Positions 37,077 to 47,607 are shown, counted from the first letter of the stretch. The stretch: DNA of 64,000 nt from Candidatus Hodarchaeota archaeon (GCA_048886685.1 JBHLKM010000011.1:47115-111114); one strand, 5' to 3'. Numbers and translations: made by a program. The notes: a model not told the origin generated them from the letters alone.

Positions 37077-38183
37077 ATGAAAAGAATAGGGTTGATAATT
37101 AATCCCATAGCTGGAATGGGGGGAAGTGTTGGTCTTAAAGGGACGGATGGGGATATCTATCAGAAAGCAGTAAAAATGGGGGCTAAACCTATAACTCCAA
37201 AAAGAGTGAGTGAGTTATTATCCCATATAACACGCAAAAGAGAGATATTTATGTTGGTAGCACCAGGTAGGATGGGTGCGGATGTTATTATAGATAAAGG
37301 TATTGAATTTGAAGTAATTGGGGAAATTGATGAAATTACATCAGCGGAAGATACAAAAAGAATAGCTAAACAGATGGTTAAGACAGGGATTGATCTACTG
37401 ATTTTTTGTGGCGGGGATGGAACCGCGAGAGATATTTATGATGCAATTGGATTAGAAAAACCAGTAGTTGCTGTGCCTGGAGGAGTAAAAATGTACAGTT
37501 CTGTTTTCTCCTTTAACCCTAGAACAGCAGCTCAAATAATTGACGGTTTTCTAGGTGATTTTATTCAAACTGAAGATAGAGAGATATTAGACATTGATGA
37601 GAACCTTATAAGAAAAGATATGTTAATATCGACTCTATATGGCTATTTAAAAGTTCTTAAATTTAGAAATTTAGTCCAAGCAGGAAAAATTGGTTCAAGA
37701 TTTGGAAGAACAGTTGAGGAAAATAAACAAGAAATTGCTCGATTCATAGTTGAGAGTATGGAAGATAACATCTTATACTTATTAGGTCCTGGAACAACAG
37801 TAAAAGCAATCACCGATGATTTAAAACTTCCAAAAACACTACTTGGGGTTGATGCGGTTTACAATAAAAAAGTATTGGGCAGTGATTTAAATGAAAACGG
37901 GATACTTAACTTATTGGGCACCTATTCTAAAGTTGAGATTATCATATCTCCTATTGGTGGCCAGGGATTTATATTTGGGAGAGGTAATAAGCAATTTACT
38001 CCTAAAATTCTTAAACAAGTTGGGAGTAAGAACATTAAAATTGTATCAACGGTAGAAAAGATTCGAGAACTTGATTGTTTGAGAGTTGATACAGGCAATA
38101 TCGGTGTTGATAATAATCTTAAGGGATTTGCAAAAGTTATCATCGGATATATGGAAGAAACAGTTATCCCTGTTGAATGCTAA
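37077..38183 (+). CDS. ATP-NAD kinase-like protein (COG3199)
   Basis: INPIAGMGGSVGLKGTDG, GGDGTARD, PGGVKMYS, GPGTT, TLLGVD, GGQGFIFGRGN, VDTG. Confidence 0.85.
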   Translation: MKRIGLIINPIAGMGGSVGLKGTDGDIYQKAVKMGAKPITPKRVSELLSHITRKREIFMLVAPGRMGADVIIDKGIEFEVIGEIDEITSAEDTKRIAKQMVKTGIDLLIFCGGDGTARDIYDAIGLEKPVVAVPGGVKMYSSVFSFNPRTAAQIIDGFLGDFIQTEDREILDIDENLIRKDMLISTLYGYLKVLKFRNLVQAGKIGSRFGRTVEENKQEIARFIVESMEDNILYLLGPGTTVKAITDDLKLPKTLLGVDAVYNKKVLGSDLNENGILNLLGTYSKVEIIISPIGGQGFIFGRGNKQFTPKILKQVGSKNIKIVSTVEKIRELDCLRVDTGNIGVDNNLKGFAKVIIGYMEETVIPVEC

Positions 38184-38249
38184 TTTGATTGAGAAAAGAT
38201 ATAATTAAAAATTTTATAATTCTAATAATTAAGATTTTGTTACCATTTT

Positions 38250-38576
38250 CTATTTAGGAGGAGTCATCCCAATCACAGGAAGTGATTCCATTATTGACAA
38301 GTAGGTTTTAGAAGTCATCGATGAGCCTTCAATTTTTTTCGCAAGTTCTAGATAAAGCTTACTTAACTCAATTGATGCCTCAATAAATGTACCAGTCACC
38401 TCCCAGATCGTTGTAGCTACAGATCCATCTTCAGTGCTCATTAAACCAACTATCCTTTTTGCGGGTTTTCCTTCACGATAAAGATTAGAAAACTTATTCA
38501 TTACTTCAAAAAAAGCTTTTCCTGCATCTTCTGCTCTAATAGCAGGAAACCTAGTTGTTATTACAATATATACCAT
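38250..38576 (-). CDS. Hypothetical protein, possible dimeric alpha/beta barrel
   Basis: 108-aa ORF with an AAGGTGA SD-like motif upstream. Confidence 0.6.
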   Translation of the reverse strand: MVYIVITTRFPAIRAEDAGKAFFEVMNKFSNLYREGKPAKRIVGLMSTEDGSVATTIWEVTGTFIEASIELSKLYLELAKKIEGSSMTSKTYLSIMESLPVIGMTPPK

Positions 38577-38836
38577 TTATTTCACCTTATTTTGATTTGA
38601 TAATTGAATTTCCAAAAATTCAAATTATCATTATACAAACTTGTATAAAAAGTTTATCTATTTTTTTATTTAATCCTAAAAAGGATAGTATTGCTTTTTC
38701 AATATAAAAAATATTTTTAAAAATGAATCATAATTTAATAGATCATTACTTATATGAAATATACTACTTATCTCTGTTATTTTATCTATTTGGTAATTAG
38801 GGACACAGCTGATAAAAAAAGAGGTTTTAAGATATA

Positions 38837-39955
38837 TTGCTAAAAAGTGAAGTTATCAAAAAAGCATTAGAGTCAGGTTTTGAAGATATTGGGTTTACAA
38901 CCATGGAACCCTTTGAGTCTCAAAAAGAGATTTTAGATTCTAGAAAAGAAGAATATGGATGGACTTTAAAAAAAGGTATTGAACTCATAAAAGGTTTAGA
39001 TCCTAGAAATATATTGCATAATGGTAAATCTATTATAGTTTTGATTGATGTTTATTTTAAGGAAGCTTATCCATCTTCTTTAGAAGGTCATTTTGGTCGT
39101 TGTTATCTAGATGATGATCGAATTACCAGAGGTCAGTTATACCAGCGCATCAAATCATTCCGAAGTTACTTACGAGATAATGGGATTGATTCCAGAGCAC
39201 CATTTAATATTCCACATCGATTAACAGCTGCGAGAGCGGGATTGGGCACTTTTGGAAAGAATAATTTTCTCTATTCAAATAGAATTGCTCGAAAAAGTTC
39301 TTGGATATCTCCCATACCCTTAATAGTCGATTATGAATTCGAGCCTGATGAGCCTTCAATAGAAGTTGGGTGCCCAAAATGGTGTAAAAATACTTGTATT
39401 GCTTCTTGTCCCACTGGTGCTCTCAGAGCTCCAAACAACATTGATCCTCGAAAATGTATATCTTATCTCAGTTATTATCAAGAAGGAATAACTCCTTTAG
39501 AGATTCGGGAGCAGATGGGTACCTGGGTGTATGGATGTGACCGATGTCAGGAGGTATGTCCTCGTAATAGAATGTGGTTATCACAAGATTTACCTCCTAA
39601 TGAAAGAGTGATAGCTAAAATGAATGATTTTGATTTATCTAACTTACTTCATATGGATCAAAAAACTTATCAAACAAAAATTTGGCCACATATGTTCTAT
39701 ATGTCCTTTGAAGAAATATGGCGTTGGAAAATGAACGTTGCAAGAGCTATGGGAAACACACTTGATCCTAAATATATTCCTGATTTAATTAGAGCTTTCG
39801 AAGAAAACGAAGACAAGAGGATAAAAGGTATGATTGCCTGGGCTTTGGGACGAATAGGAGGAAAAGAATCTAGAAATGCTTTAGAACGCTTTAGAAGCAA
39901 TAATAACGGTTCAGTTAAAAACGAAATTGAACTTGCTTTAAGGGATTTAGCTTAA
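38837..39955 (+). CDS. QueG/reductive-dehalogenase-like cobalamin and 2x[4Fe-4S] protein with a C-terminal HEAT repeat
   Basis: AARAGLGTFGKN, CPKWCKNTCIASCPTGAL, KCISY, YGCDRCQEVCP, NVARAMGN, AWALGRIG. Confidence 0.8.
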   Translation: MLKSEVIKKALESGFEDIGFTTMEPFESQKEILDSRKEEYGWTLKKGIELIKGLDPRNILHNGKSIIVLIDVYFKEAYPSSLEGHFGRCYLDDDRITRGQLYQRIKSFRSYLRDNGIDSRAPFNIPHRLTAARAGLGTFGKNNFLYSNRIARKSSWISPIPLIVDYEFEPDEPSIEVGCPKWCKNTCIASCPTGALRAPNNIDPRKCISYLSYYQEGITPLEIREQMGTWVYGCDRCQEVCPRNRMWLSQDLPPNERVIAKMNDFDLSNLLHMDQKTYQTKIWPHMFYMSFEEIWRWKMNVARAMGNTLDPKYIPDLIRAFEENEDKRIKGMIAWALGRIGGKESRNALERFRSNNNGSVKNEIELALRDLA

Positions 39956-39976
39956 AAAATATAAAATAAAAAAAAA

Positions 39977-41866
39977 CTATTTAATTATGTTTAATTCTTT
40001 CAGCTTTTCATCAGTAGGACGACCCGTTTCCAAATCCCAACCTCTAAGTTCATAGTATTTCTCTAAATTTTCATTTAATTCAATTTTCACATCGGTAGTC
40101 TTTCCAGATTTTAATACTTTCAGAACATGATCAGGTAATCTATCATCTGCTCTAGTTATCCCTAAATTACAATTTATAAGCCTCTTCAGAGTATTGATTC
40201 GTTCTCCAACGGATAAAAGCGTATTATTATCATAATTAAACCCTGTTGCTGCATTTACATGTCCTATAATATGCTCTAAACTGGGATGAGGAAAATTACA
40301 GTTTACTGCCGAATCATCGATAGCTCTTATATCTTGTAATGAAATAACACCTTTCTCTCTTCGTTTAATGCTAATTCTATCTCCAGCTTGAACTTTTAAA
40401 TTAGCAGGAAAATTAAGAGAGCCCATTTCTGCTGTATACCAATCACATTTTGTATGATTAGCACCAACACAACATGTTATATAACTTAATGCTTGTCCAG
40501 CAAAGGCTCTGGGATCATGCATAGGTATTTCTAATCCTTTTACGTGAGCAGCCAATTCTGGGTCTACTCCAAGCTTTTCTGCCATTATTCGTACACCATC
40601 AGCAAGTATATTTCCAATACCTTGCCTTTTAGAGATCATTTCTATTAGATTTAAAATTAGAGTTCCATTCCCCCAATGAATTTCTTCAAGAGATATTTTG
40701 TGTAAATGTTGCTTTATCTGTTCAATGCCAAGCTTGTTCTCAACTAGATATAGTAAAAAGGCGATACTTACACCACATGAAATAGTATCAACTCCATAAA
40801 CATTACTTAAATGATGGGCTAAAATAACTTCTCTAGAATCAAAAAAACCACATAAAGGACCAAAAGCAGCAACAGATTCATATTCAGGACCATCTACTAT
40901 AATTTCTTTACCATTATCTTCTACAATTGTTCGTTTCCCGCATTTTATTGTACAACCAGCGCATCCGTAATCTAATACGGGATATTCTTCTCTCAATGTC
41001 TTCCCTGTCAATTTTTCAGCAAAAAATTCAGTTTCAGTAAAATAGTACGCAGGAGTATCCCCAAGCGCCATTCCTATATCAAGATAACCGTTGGTACCAT
41101 ATAATGTAAATAAAAATACCCCTAAACTCGCAGTTGCATCTCCTTTTAGCGCGTCTTCAGCTTGCTTAATTAATTCTTTTCCAAGATTACTATCAACTAT
41201 TTGGACTCTACCACTTCCTAAAACTGCTAGTGCTTTTAAATTTTTTGAAGCCATAAGTGACCCTAATCCACATCTTCCAATAGCTCTTCCTTCGTCGTTT
41301 ATCATAGCAGCATACTTTACTAAATTTTCTGCTGCTTGACCAATAGTTACAACTCTCACTCGTTCATTATTTAATTCTTTTTTTATCAATTCCTGTGTTT
41401 CATAAGTATCCTTACCCCAATACCCACTTGCGTCTTTAATTTCAATAGTTTTGTCATGAATATATAAAAAACATGGAGTATTAGATTTCCCAGTAATAAC
41501 TATCGCATCAAAACCACTATTTCTTAATGAGACACAAAAAAAACCTCCAGAAGTACTTTCTCCCCAAATTTTGGTGAGGGGGGAAATCCCTGTTACCGAA
41601 TATCTGCCTGAGGATGGTCTAATAGTACCTGTTACTGGCCCTGTTGCAAAGATTAGAGGATTAATTTCATGAAAGGGATCATTTTTTAAGGTTTCATAAT
41701 CACTTCCTGATAATAAATCATAGGTTAATTTGGCACTTAATCCTGTTCCACCTAAATATTCTCTGGCAATAGTGTGGTCTAAATCTTTAGTTTCCCATTT
41801 CTTATTATTTAAATCGACAAATGCAACCTTTCCATTATAACCAATTAATTCTTCACTCATTTTCAT
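39977..41866 (-). CDS. aor: Aldehyde:ferredoxin oxidoreductase (second AOR-family gene)
   Basis: YLGGTG, SPLT..WGESTSGG, GRCGLG, CAGCTIKC, GPEYES, GVDTIS, VKGLEIPMHDPR, YYELRGWD. Confidence 0.9.
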   Translation of the reverse strand: MKMSEELIGYNGKVAFVDLNNKKWETKDLDHTIAREYLGGTGLSAKLTYDLLSGSDYETLKNDPFHEINPLIFATGPVTGTIRPSSGRYSVTGISPLTKIWGESTSGGFFCVSLRNSGFDAIVITGKSNTPCFLYIHDKTIEIKDASGYWGKDTYETQELIKKELNNERVRVVTIGQAAENLVKYAAMINDEGRAIGRCGLGSLMASKNLKALAVLGSGRVQIVDSNLGKELIKQAEDALKGDATASLGVFLFTLYGTNGYLDIGMALGDTPAYYFTETEFFAEKLTGKTLREEYPVLDYGCAGCTIKCGKRTIVEDNGKEIIVDGPEYESVAAFGPLCGFFDSREVILAHHLSNVYGVDTISCGVSIAFLLYLVENKLGIEQIKQHLHKISLEEIHWGNGTLILNLIEMISKRQGIGNILADGVRIMAEKLGVDPELAAHVKGLEIPMHDPRAFAGQALSYITCCVGANHTKCDWYTAEMGSLNFPANLKVQAGDRISIKRREKGVISLQDIRAIDDSAVNCNFPHPSLEHIIGHVNAATGFNYDNNTLLSVGERINTLKRLINCNLGITRADDRLPDHVLKVLKSGKTTDVKIELNENLEKYYELRGWDLETGRPTDEKLKELNIIK

Positions 41867-41883
41867 TCACTTCTATTTAATCA

Positions 41884-43176
41884 TTAAAAATCTATATTTT
41901 TTCCATCCCAGGCATATTCAAATATTTTTTTATAAAGGGTTTTACTCATAGGTCGGTAAGATAAAAGAGTAACGATATCATTATCTGCATATTCTGTTAA
42001 AACATCAAGTTTTTCCATGTATTCTTCTTTAGTTATTGATGGTTGACTCAATTCCTTTACACATACTGGTCCATCCATCGAATGGATAAACTTTTTTACT
42101 GCATTCATTAATTCTTGAAATAATGTATTTCTATCTTTATTATCAGGAGTTACGTTAAAAATAGGGCATAAATCTTTCCATCTATCTGTGACTTTCGCCT
42201 GAAATCCTATAGAATACGGTAAAAACAAACCCACAGACAGACCATGATGTACCTTAAAAACTTTTCCGAAACTATGACCTAAAGCATGATCAATCCCAGG
42301 AACAGTGTTCCCAAATCCAAGTCCTCCTAATAATGCAGCTAATTGCATGTGGGCTCTGGCTTCTGTATCACCTTTTCCATATTTATAGGCTCTTGGAAGG
42401 TATTTTATAACTTCTCTTATCGCAGCTATGTTTATAGCATCAGCAAGCGGATTTCCCCAGTTAGATACGTAACTGCCAAAAGCATGAGCGAACGCATCTA
42501 AACCAGATCCTAATGTTAAGAAGGGAGGCATATCTTCAACAAAAGCTGTATCGAGGATAGCAATATCAGGAACCAGTTCGGCATTATTCACAGCTAATTT
42601 TTTATGAGGTGTCCTATTAGTATCGGTAAGCATTGAAGTCCCTGTTACTTCTGATCCAGTTCCAGAAGTAGTAGGAATTGCCACTAAATATCTAACTTTT
42701 TTCCGTAATCCTAGAGGATCACCAATGGGAAGGAGCATAAATAAATTGGCATCAGGTTTCTCATATTTTAGCATAATTGATTTTGCAGCATCCATAACGC
42801 TACCACCCCCAATTGCAATAATCATTATTGGTCTAAATTCTTCACAAATTCTGACTCCTTCATCTATGTTAGCAAATGGTACTTCTGGTTCTATTCCAGA
42901 AAAGATTTTATATTCGATTTCATTAAAATCAAGGTCTTCAGTTACTTTACTAGTAAATTTTTGAGTAAAGGAATCAACTACAATCAAAGCTCTTCTATCT
43001 TCTTTATCAAGGATAGCTTTCATTAATGAAGCCATTGATGAGACACCAGCTTTCCCCATATATACGATTGGTGAATTAAAGGAAGACGTAATTCCTCTAA
43101 TGGCTTTACCACCGAATAATCCCATCATATCCTTGATCATTTGCATTTCATACCATGCAGGTTGCTTTCCACTCAT
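41884..43176 (-). CDS. Iron-containing alcohol dehydrogenase
   Basis: IGGGSVMDAAK, IPTTSGTGSEVT, DAFAH, HALGH, HHG. Confidence 0.9.
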   Translation of the reverse strand: MSGKQPAWYEMQMIKDMMGLFGGKAIRGITSSFNSPIVYMGKAGVSSMASLMKAILDKEDRRALIVVDSFTQKFTSKVTEDLDFNEIEYKIFSGIEPEVPFANIDEGVRICEEFRPIMIIAIGGGSVMDAAKSIMLKYEKPDANLFMLLPIGDPLGLRKKVRYLVAIPTTSGTGSEVTGTSMLTDTNRTPHKKLAVNNAELVPDIAILDTAFVEDMPPFLTLGSGLDAFAHAFGSYVSNWGNPLADAINIAAIREVIKYLPRAYKYGKGDTEARAHMQLAALLGGLGFGNTVPGIDHALGHSFGKVFKVHHGLSVGLFLPYSIGFQAKVTDRWKDLCPIFNVTPDNKDRNTLFQELMNAVKKFIHSMDGPVCVKELSQPSITKEEYMEKLDVLTEYADNDIVTLLSYRPMSKTLYKKIFEYAWDGKNIDF

Positions 43177-43482
43177 AAATGATCTACTCTCTTAAATTTA
43201 TTCAAATTGATTTTCATTTTTTTTAAAAGTTTGTTAATATAGATATTTATTTAATTCCTTAATAAATCCTTAAGGTAAAAATCTAGAAAAATTGAAATTA
43301 TCAATTAAAACAGTTTATCTTTGTTATTAAATTCGTGGGTTGGTTTTTATATTTATAATTTTTACATCCATTCTCAAAAAATCTTGTTAAAGAATCGAAT
43401 ATAGAATCAAATGTAGGATTATATTAATTTACAATTGTTCATAAAAATAATCATTATATTCAACCATACAAAATGATTAGAG

Positions 43483-44325
43483 ATGAGTAGGAAAATAAAT
43501 ATAATTTCCATAATAGGTGCAGGTTATTTAGGCAAGCAAATTATTGAGAAATCTCTTTTATACAATTATAACATCAGAGTTTATGATACTAATCAAGAAG
43601 ATTTAAGTATATTTGCGAAAAATATGAGAGAAAAGATAAAAGAAAAAAATTTGAAAGCATCAATCACTCAATATTCTACTATCGCGGAAGCTGTTAAAGA
43701 CGTAGATTTGGTAATTGAAGCTGTTCCAGAAAAGCTTGATTTAAAAAGAGAAGTCTTTTCACAGATAGATAAGGTAGCTTCGCCTCACACTATAATTGCG
43801 ACGAATAGTTCATCAATACCAATCTCAAAAATAGAAGATGTTGTTGAAAGAAAAGATAAAGTTATGAATATTCATTTTTATGATCTTTTCAAGCTTCCAC
43901 TAGCAGACATTATGCGCGGAACTCAAACTAGTCACGAAACGTTTGAAAAAGGTAGGATCTGGTTAGAGAGTATTGAAATCACTCCTCTTGAAGTTAAAAA
44001 AGAGTGTTATGGCTTTGTTATGAATAGAATATGGAGAGCGATTAAAAAAGATTGTCTGAAGATATGGGCAGGAGGGCATGCAGATATTGAAACGGTTGAT
44101 AATGCTTGGAAAACTTTTTGTCAATTTTTTATTACAACTGATTTTGGACCATTTCAATTCATGGATCGAATTGGATTAGATGTAATTTATGATATTGAAA
44201 TGTCTTATTTCAAAAATAGTGGTATTCCCGATGATAGACCACCTGACGCATTAAAAGAAATGGTAGAAAGGGGAGAATTAGGAATAAAATCTGAAATAGG
44301 CTTTTATAATTACAAAAGTCAATAA
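43483..44325 (+). CDS. 3-hydroxyacyl-CoA dehydrogenase family protein
   Basis: GAGYLG, IEAVPEKLDLK, ATNSSS, HF, GFVMNR, GPF..MD.IGLD. Confidence 0.88.
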   Translation: MSRKINIISIIGAGYLGKQIIEKSLLYNYNIRVYDTNQEDLSIFAKNMREKIKEKNLKASITQYSTIAEAVKDVDLVIEAVPEKLDLKREVFSQIDKVASPHTIIATNSSSIPISKIEDVVERKDKVMNIHFYDLFKLPLADIMRGTQTSHETFEKGRIWLESIEITPLEVKKECYGFVMNRIWRAIKKDCLKIWAGGHADIETVDNAWKTFCQFFITTDFGPFQFMDRIGLDVIYDIEMSYFKNSGIPDDRPPDALKEMVERGELGIKSEIGFYNYKSQ

Positions 44326-44391
44326 GTTTTTTTTCTATTTTTAATTTAAAAAAGTAATCCTTATAGTCTTATTTTTTATTTACTATCACAA

Positions 44392-45108
44392 ATGTCGGAA
44401 AATAGAAAAAAGGATATACAGCGGATTAAAGAATTAGAAAGTATTAATTTAGCTACTGATGATATCAGAGATCTTGTGGTTCAGACTAAAATTGAAGTAG
44501 AAAAAGATAATGAATTATTAGCTCAACGGAATAATGAAGAATTACGGGAACATAATATCAAATCAGTAGATATTGTGGGTGCTATTGGTGCAGGTAAAAC
44601 AGCATTAATTGAAAAAATAGTAGAAATATTATCAGAAAAATATAGGATCTTAGTAATTTGTGGTGATATAACTACTAGAGTAGATGCTGATCGAATTCAG
44701 GCACATAATGCAGAGACAATTCAAATTAATACTGGTCGAGAATGTGCTTTAAATGCATATCATATACACCAAATCATTGAAAATAAGGATTTAAATGATT
44801 ACGACTTACTATTCATCGAAAACGTAGGAAATCTTATTTGTCCATCAGATTTTACTCTTGGAACAGATAAACGAATCACTGTAGTTTCTACGACTGAGGG
44901 AGAATGGGTAATAGAAAAGCATCCTATGCTTTTTAAGATGTCTCAAGTCGCAGTTATTAATAAAATTGATTTAGCTGAGAGATTGGGCACGAATATTCAA
45001 AAAATGGTAAAAGATGCAAAAGAAATAAATCCAAACATAGAAGTCATTACTACTAGTGCTAAAACTGGAAAAAATATTGAAAAATTAATTGAAATATTAG
45101 AATTATAA
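44392..45108 (+). CDS. hypB: Hydrogenase nickel-incorporation GTPase HypB
   Basis: GAIGAGKT, DADRI, ENVGNLICP, STTEG, KHP, NKID, SAKTG. Confidence 0.85.
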   Translation: MSENRKKDIQRIKELESINLATDDIRDLVVQTKIEVEKDNELLAQRNNEELREHNIKSVDIVGAIGAGKTALIEKIVEILSEKYRILVICGDITTRVDADRIQAHNAETIQINTGRECALNAYHIHQIIENKDLNDYDLLFIENVGNLICPSDFTLGTDKRITVVSTTEGEWVIEKHPMLFKMSQVAVINKIDLAERLGTNIQKMVKDAKEINPNIEVITTSAKTGKNIEKLIEILEL

Positions 45109-45128
45109 TTCCAATCTGATGAATAAAA

Positions 45129-45551
45129 ATGAAAGAATTATTACAACAGTTAGAACAATTACTTAACGAACAAGATTTAGATTTATTAAAGATCCAAAAT
45201 TTAAAGGCTGAGATTCTAAAAAATCATATTAAAGGATTGAGAATTGAAAATTATATAGGTGATTATCCTACTTTCATGGAACCGGTTATTCTTGGAGATA
45301 GCGTTAAGATCGGCGATGATGTACTCATCGGACCAAGAGTTTATATAGGCAGTAATTCAGAAATTGAGGACTATGCAGAGATTTCAAATTCTATAATATT
45401 TGATAACGTAAAGATAGGTAGTAATTTCAAATTAGATAATTGTATAATTATAAAGGATAGCAAACTCAATTTTGACAATTTTAATAATAGAAATTGTATC
45501 ATAAAGGGAATTGTAGATTCTGAAGAAGAATTAGAGATAATTTTACTCTAA
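45129..45551 (+). CDS. Hexapeptide-repeat (left-handed beta-helix) protein
   Basis: PVILGDSVKIGDDVLIGPRVYIGSNSEIEDYAEISNSIIFDNVKIG repeats. Confidence 0.75.
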   Translation: MKELLQQLEQLLNEQDLDLLKIQNLKAEILKNHIKGLRIENYIGDYPTFMEPVILGDSVKIGDDVLIGPRVYIGSNSEIEDYAEISNSIIFDNVKIGSNFKLDNCIIIKDSKLNFDNFNNRNCIIKGIVDSEEELEIILL

Positions 45552-45557
45552 TTCTCA

Positions 45558-46202
45558 TTAATAGTCTAATTTTTGACCAAGAACGTATCTTACTATATGT
45601 GTATGGGGTCCTCCGGCTCCATGATTTTCGCGCTCTTCTATAATCCCTGTTTCAATAATTTTAAAATCTTTAAAGTGATCAACTAGATCATTTTCAGTAA
45701 AATAATGTGTGGGTCTTCCTGGCTTACTTTCGAATGTATTTATCTCTAACACTTTTCCTTTACCAAAACTGGACTCTTTTTCAGAAAATACGGTAAAAAA
45801 GATAAAGCCATTTGTATTCAATTGATTAAAACAATTTTTAAGAAACAAGAAACGTTCATCTTTGAGAAATAAATGAAGTGTGTTGAAACAATATATGGCA
45901 TCGAATTTTACATCAATAAGCTCCAATTCGAGAATAGAATAATTAAAGAATTTAGTTTGAGAATCGAATTTTTTAGCTATTTCAATAGCAATTTCGGAAA
46001 TTTCAACGCCTATAACTATATAATCATGTTCTGAAAAAAATTTTGTATGTCTTCCATATCCCGACCCTGGAATAAGAATGTTCTGGATATTATATCTCTT
46101 AAACAGCTTTAAAGCATATAAAGCAGATTGACTGGGTGATTCTCCCCAAATTTTACCTTCTTTTGAAAATCGAGTATTCCAATAAGCCTTATTCTTATCC
46201 AT
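45558..46202 (-). CDS. Class I SAM-dependent methyltransferase
   Basis: YWNTRF, LIPGSGYGRH, FDAIY, LHLF. Confidence 0.8.
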   Translation of the reverse strand: MDKNKAYWNTRFSKEGKIWGESPSQSALYALKLFKRYNIQNILIPGSGYGRHTKFFSEHDYIVIGVEISEIAIEIAKKFDSQTKFFNYSILELELIDVKFDAIYCFNTLHLFLKDERFLFLKNCFNQLNTNGFIFFTVFSEKESSFGKGKVLEINTFESKPGRPTHYFTENDLVDHFKDFKIIETGIIEERENHGAGGPHTHIVRYVLGQKLDY

Positions 46203-47607
46203 TTTTATAACTAGTTTTTTTATTCAGTTTCTCTCCATAATTGTATAAATTAAGAAATGCTTTTGCTGCTCTTTCAAAACTAGGGAAAATTGGGACGCCC
46301 ATTTCAATAATTTTTTTTCTATATTTTTCTCTTTTTTGAAAACCAGCAAATGGCAAAGAAAGAAAAAAAGGTTTTCCTTGTTTATGACATAGATTTTTGA
46401 GAAATAACAGATTTTCGAAATAGTTTTCTAACGTATTTTTATCCCAAGGCTGATATGTTTCGGCCAAGACACCACTTATATAGGGCTCCTTAATTGCAAT
46501 TTCAGCAATATTAGAGTATTCCTCTGAAAAATTTTTCCATGGAAGATCCAGTGGATTTACTACTCCTCCAAATCTAATTAACTTTTTTAATTTTACTTGA
46601 GTTTCTTGGCTAAATTCAGGGATTTTAGCTCCAAGTTGAGTTATTAAATCAGTGGCTATTGTTGCGCTTCCACCCGACCATGTCATTAATAGAATGCCTT
46701 TTTCACGGGGAAGCATATCCTTATAATAATAAAATGCAAGGGTGGTATCTGTTAATTCTTCAAATGAGCGAACATTAATACAACTCGTCTGATTGAGTAC
46801 TGCATCCCAAATTTTATTCGAAGTTGTCAAACTTCCCGTATGTGACTCTGCTGATCTTTTTCCTGCTCCTGTCTTTCCACTTCTTAAGAAAATTACTGGT
46901 TTATTTGTCATTTTTAGTACATTATATAAATTTTGCCCTTCATTTTTATGATATCTTGAAAACCCTTCAAGATAAACTCCTATAATATCAGTTCTATCAT
47001 CTTCATTGTAGTATTGTATGAGATCTGTCACGTTTACTGATATAGAATTGCCGATACTCGCAGCCCATGAAAAATTAACACCCAAATAATTTAAATTGCC
47101 AACAAATCTTTCCGTGAGGTCACCAGATTGGGAGATAAATGCCACATTACCTATAGGATCTTTTTTGAAAGAAGAATTAAATGAAAACCGACCACCTGTA
47201 GAATATAATCCCATACAATTTGGTCCAATAGCTCGAGTAGAACTATTTTTTAGCAGATTGTATATTTCATCCTCGATTTTTTCTCCCTCTTCATCAAATT
47301 CACCTGTACCAGCTGAGAAAATATGAAGAGTTGCGAAATTTTTACTAATGCAATTTTTTACAACATCGACTAATTGATTTCGATTAACTGCAATTATAGT
47401 GTGATCTATCCCATCGGGAAGTTCGGATACATCCTTAAAACAATCAATTCCGAATAGCTTTTCAGTTCCTTTAGAAACTATGTATAGCTTGCCAGTAAAA
47501 TCTCTATCAACTAATCCTTTTAACTGCCATTCTCTCTTCTTTGAAGCACCAATAAAGGCTATAGTTTTAGGATAGAAAAGTTTTTCAAAATAATTTATCT
47601 GTCCCAC
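46195..47607 (-). CDS. acdA: ADP-forming acyl-CoA synthetase alpha subunit
   Basis: PKTIAFIGAS, SAG, IGPNCMG, ISQSG, SIGN, YLEG, phospho-His AESHTGSL, SGG, NPLDL; GTG start. Confidence 0.8.
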   Translation of the reverse strand: MGQINYFEKLFYPKTIAFIGASKKREWQLKGLVDRDFTGKLYIVSKGTEKLFGIDCFKDVSELPDGIDHTIIAVNRNQLVDVVKNCISKNFATLHIFSAGTGEFDEEGEKIEDEIYNLLKNSSTRAIGPNCMGLYSTGGRFSFNSSFKKDPIGNVAFISQSGDLTERFVGNLNYLGVNFSWAASIGNSISVNVTDLIQYYNEDDRTDIIGVYLEGFSRYHKNEGQNLYNVLKMTNKPVIFLRSGKTGAGKRSAESHTGSLTTSNKIWDAVLNQTSCINVRSFEELTDTTLAFYYYKDMLPREKGILLMTWSGGSATIATDLITQLGAKIPEFSQETQVKLKKLIRFGGVVNPLDLPWKNFSEEYSNIAEIAIKEPYISGVLAETYQPWDKNTLENYFENLLFLKNLCHKQGKPFFLSLPFAGFQKREKYRKKIIEMGVPIFPSFERAAKAFLNLYNYGEKLNKKTSYKNG

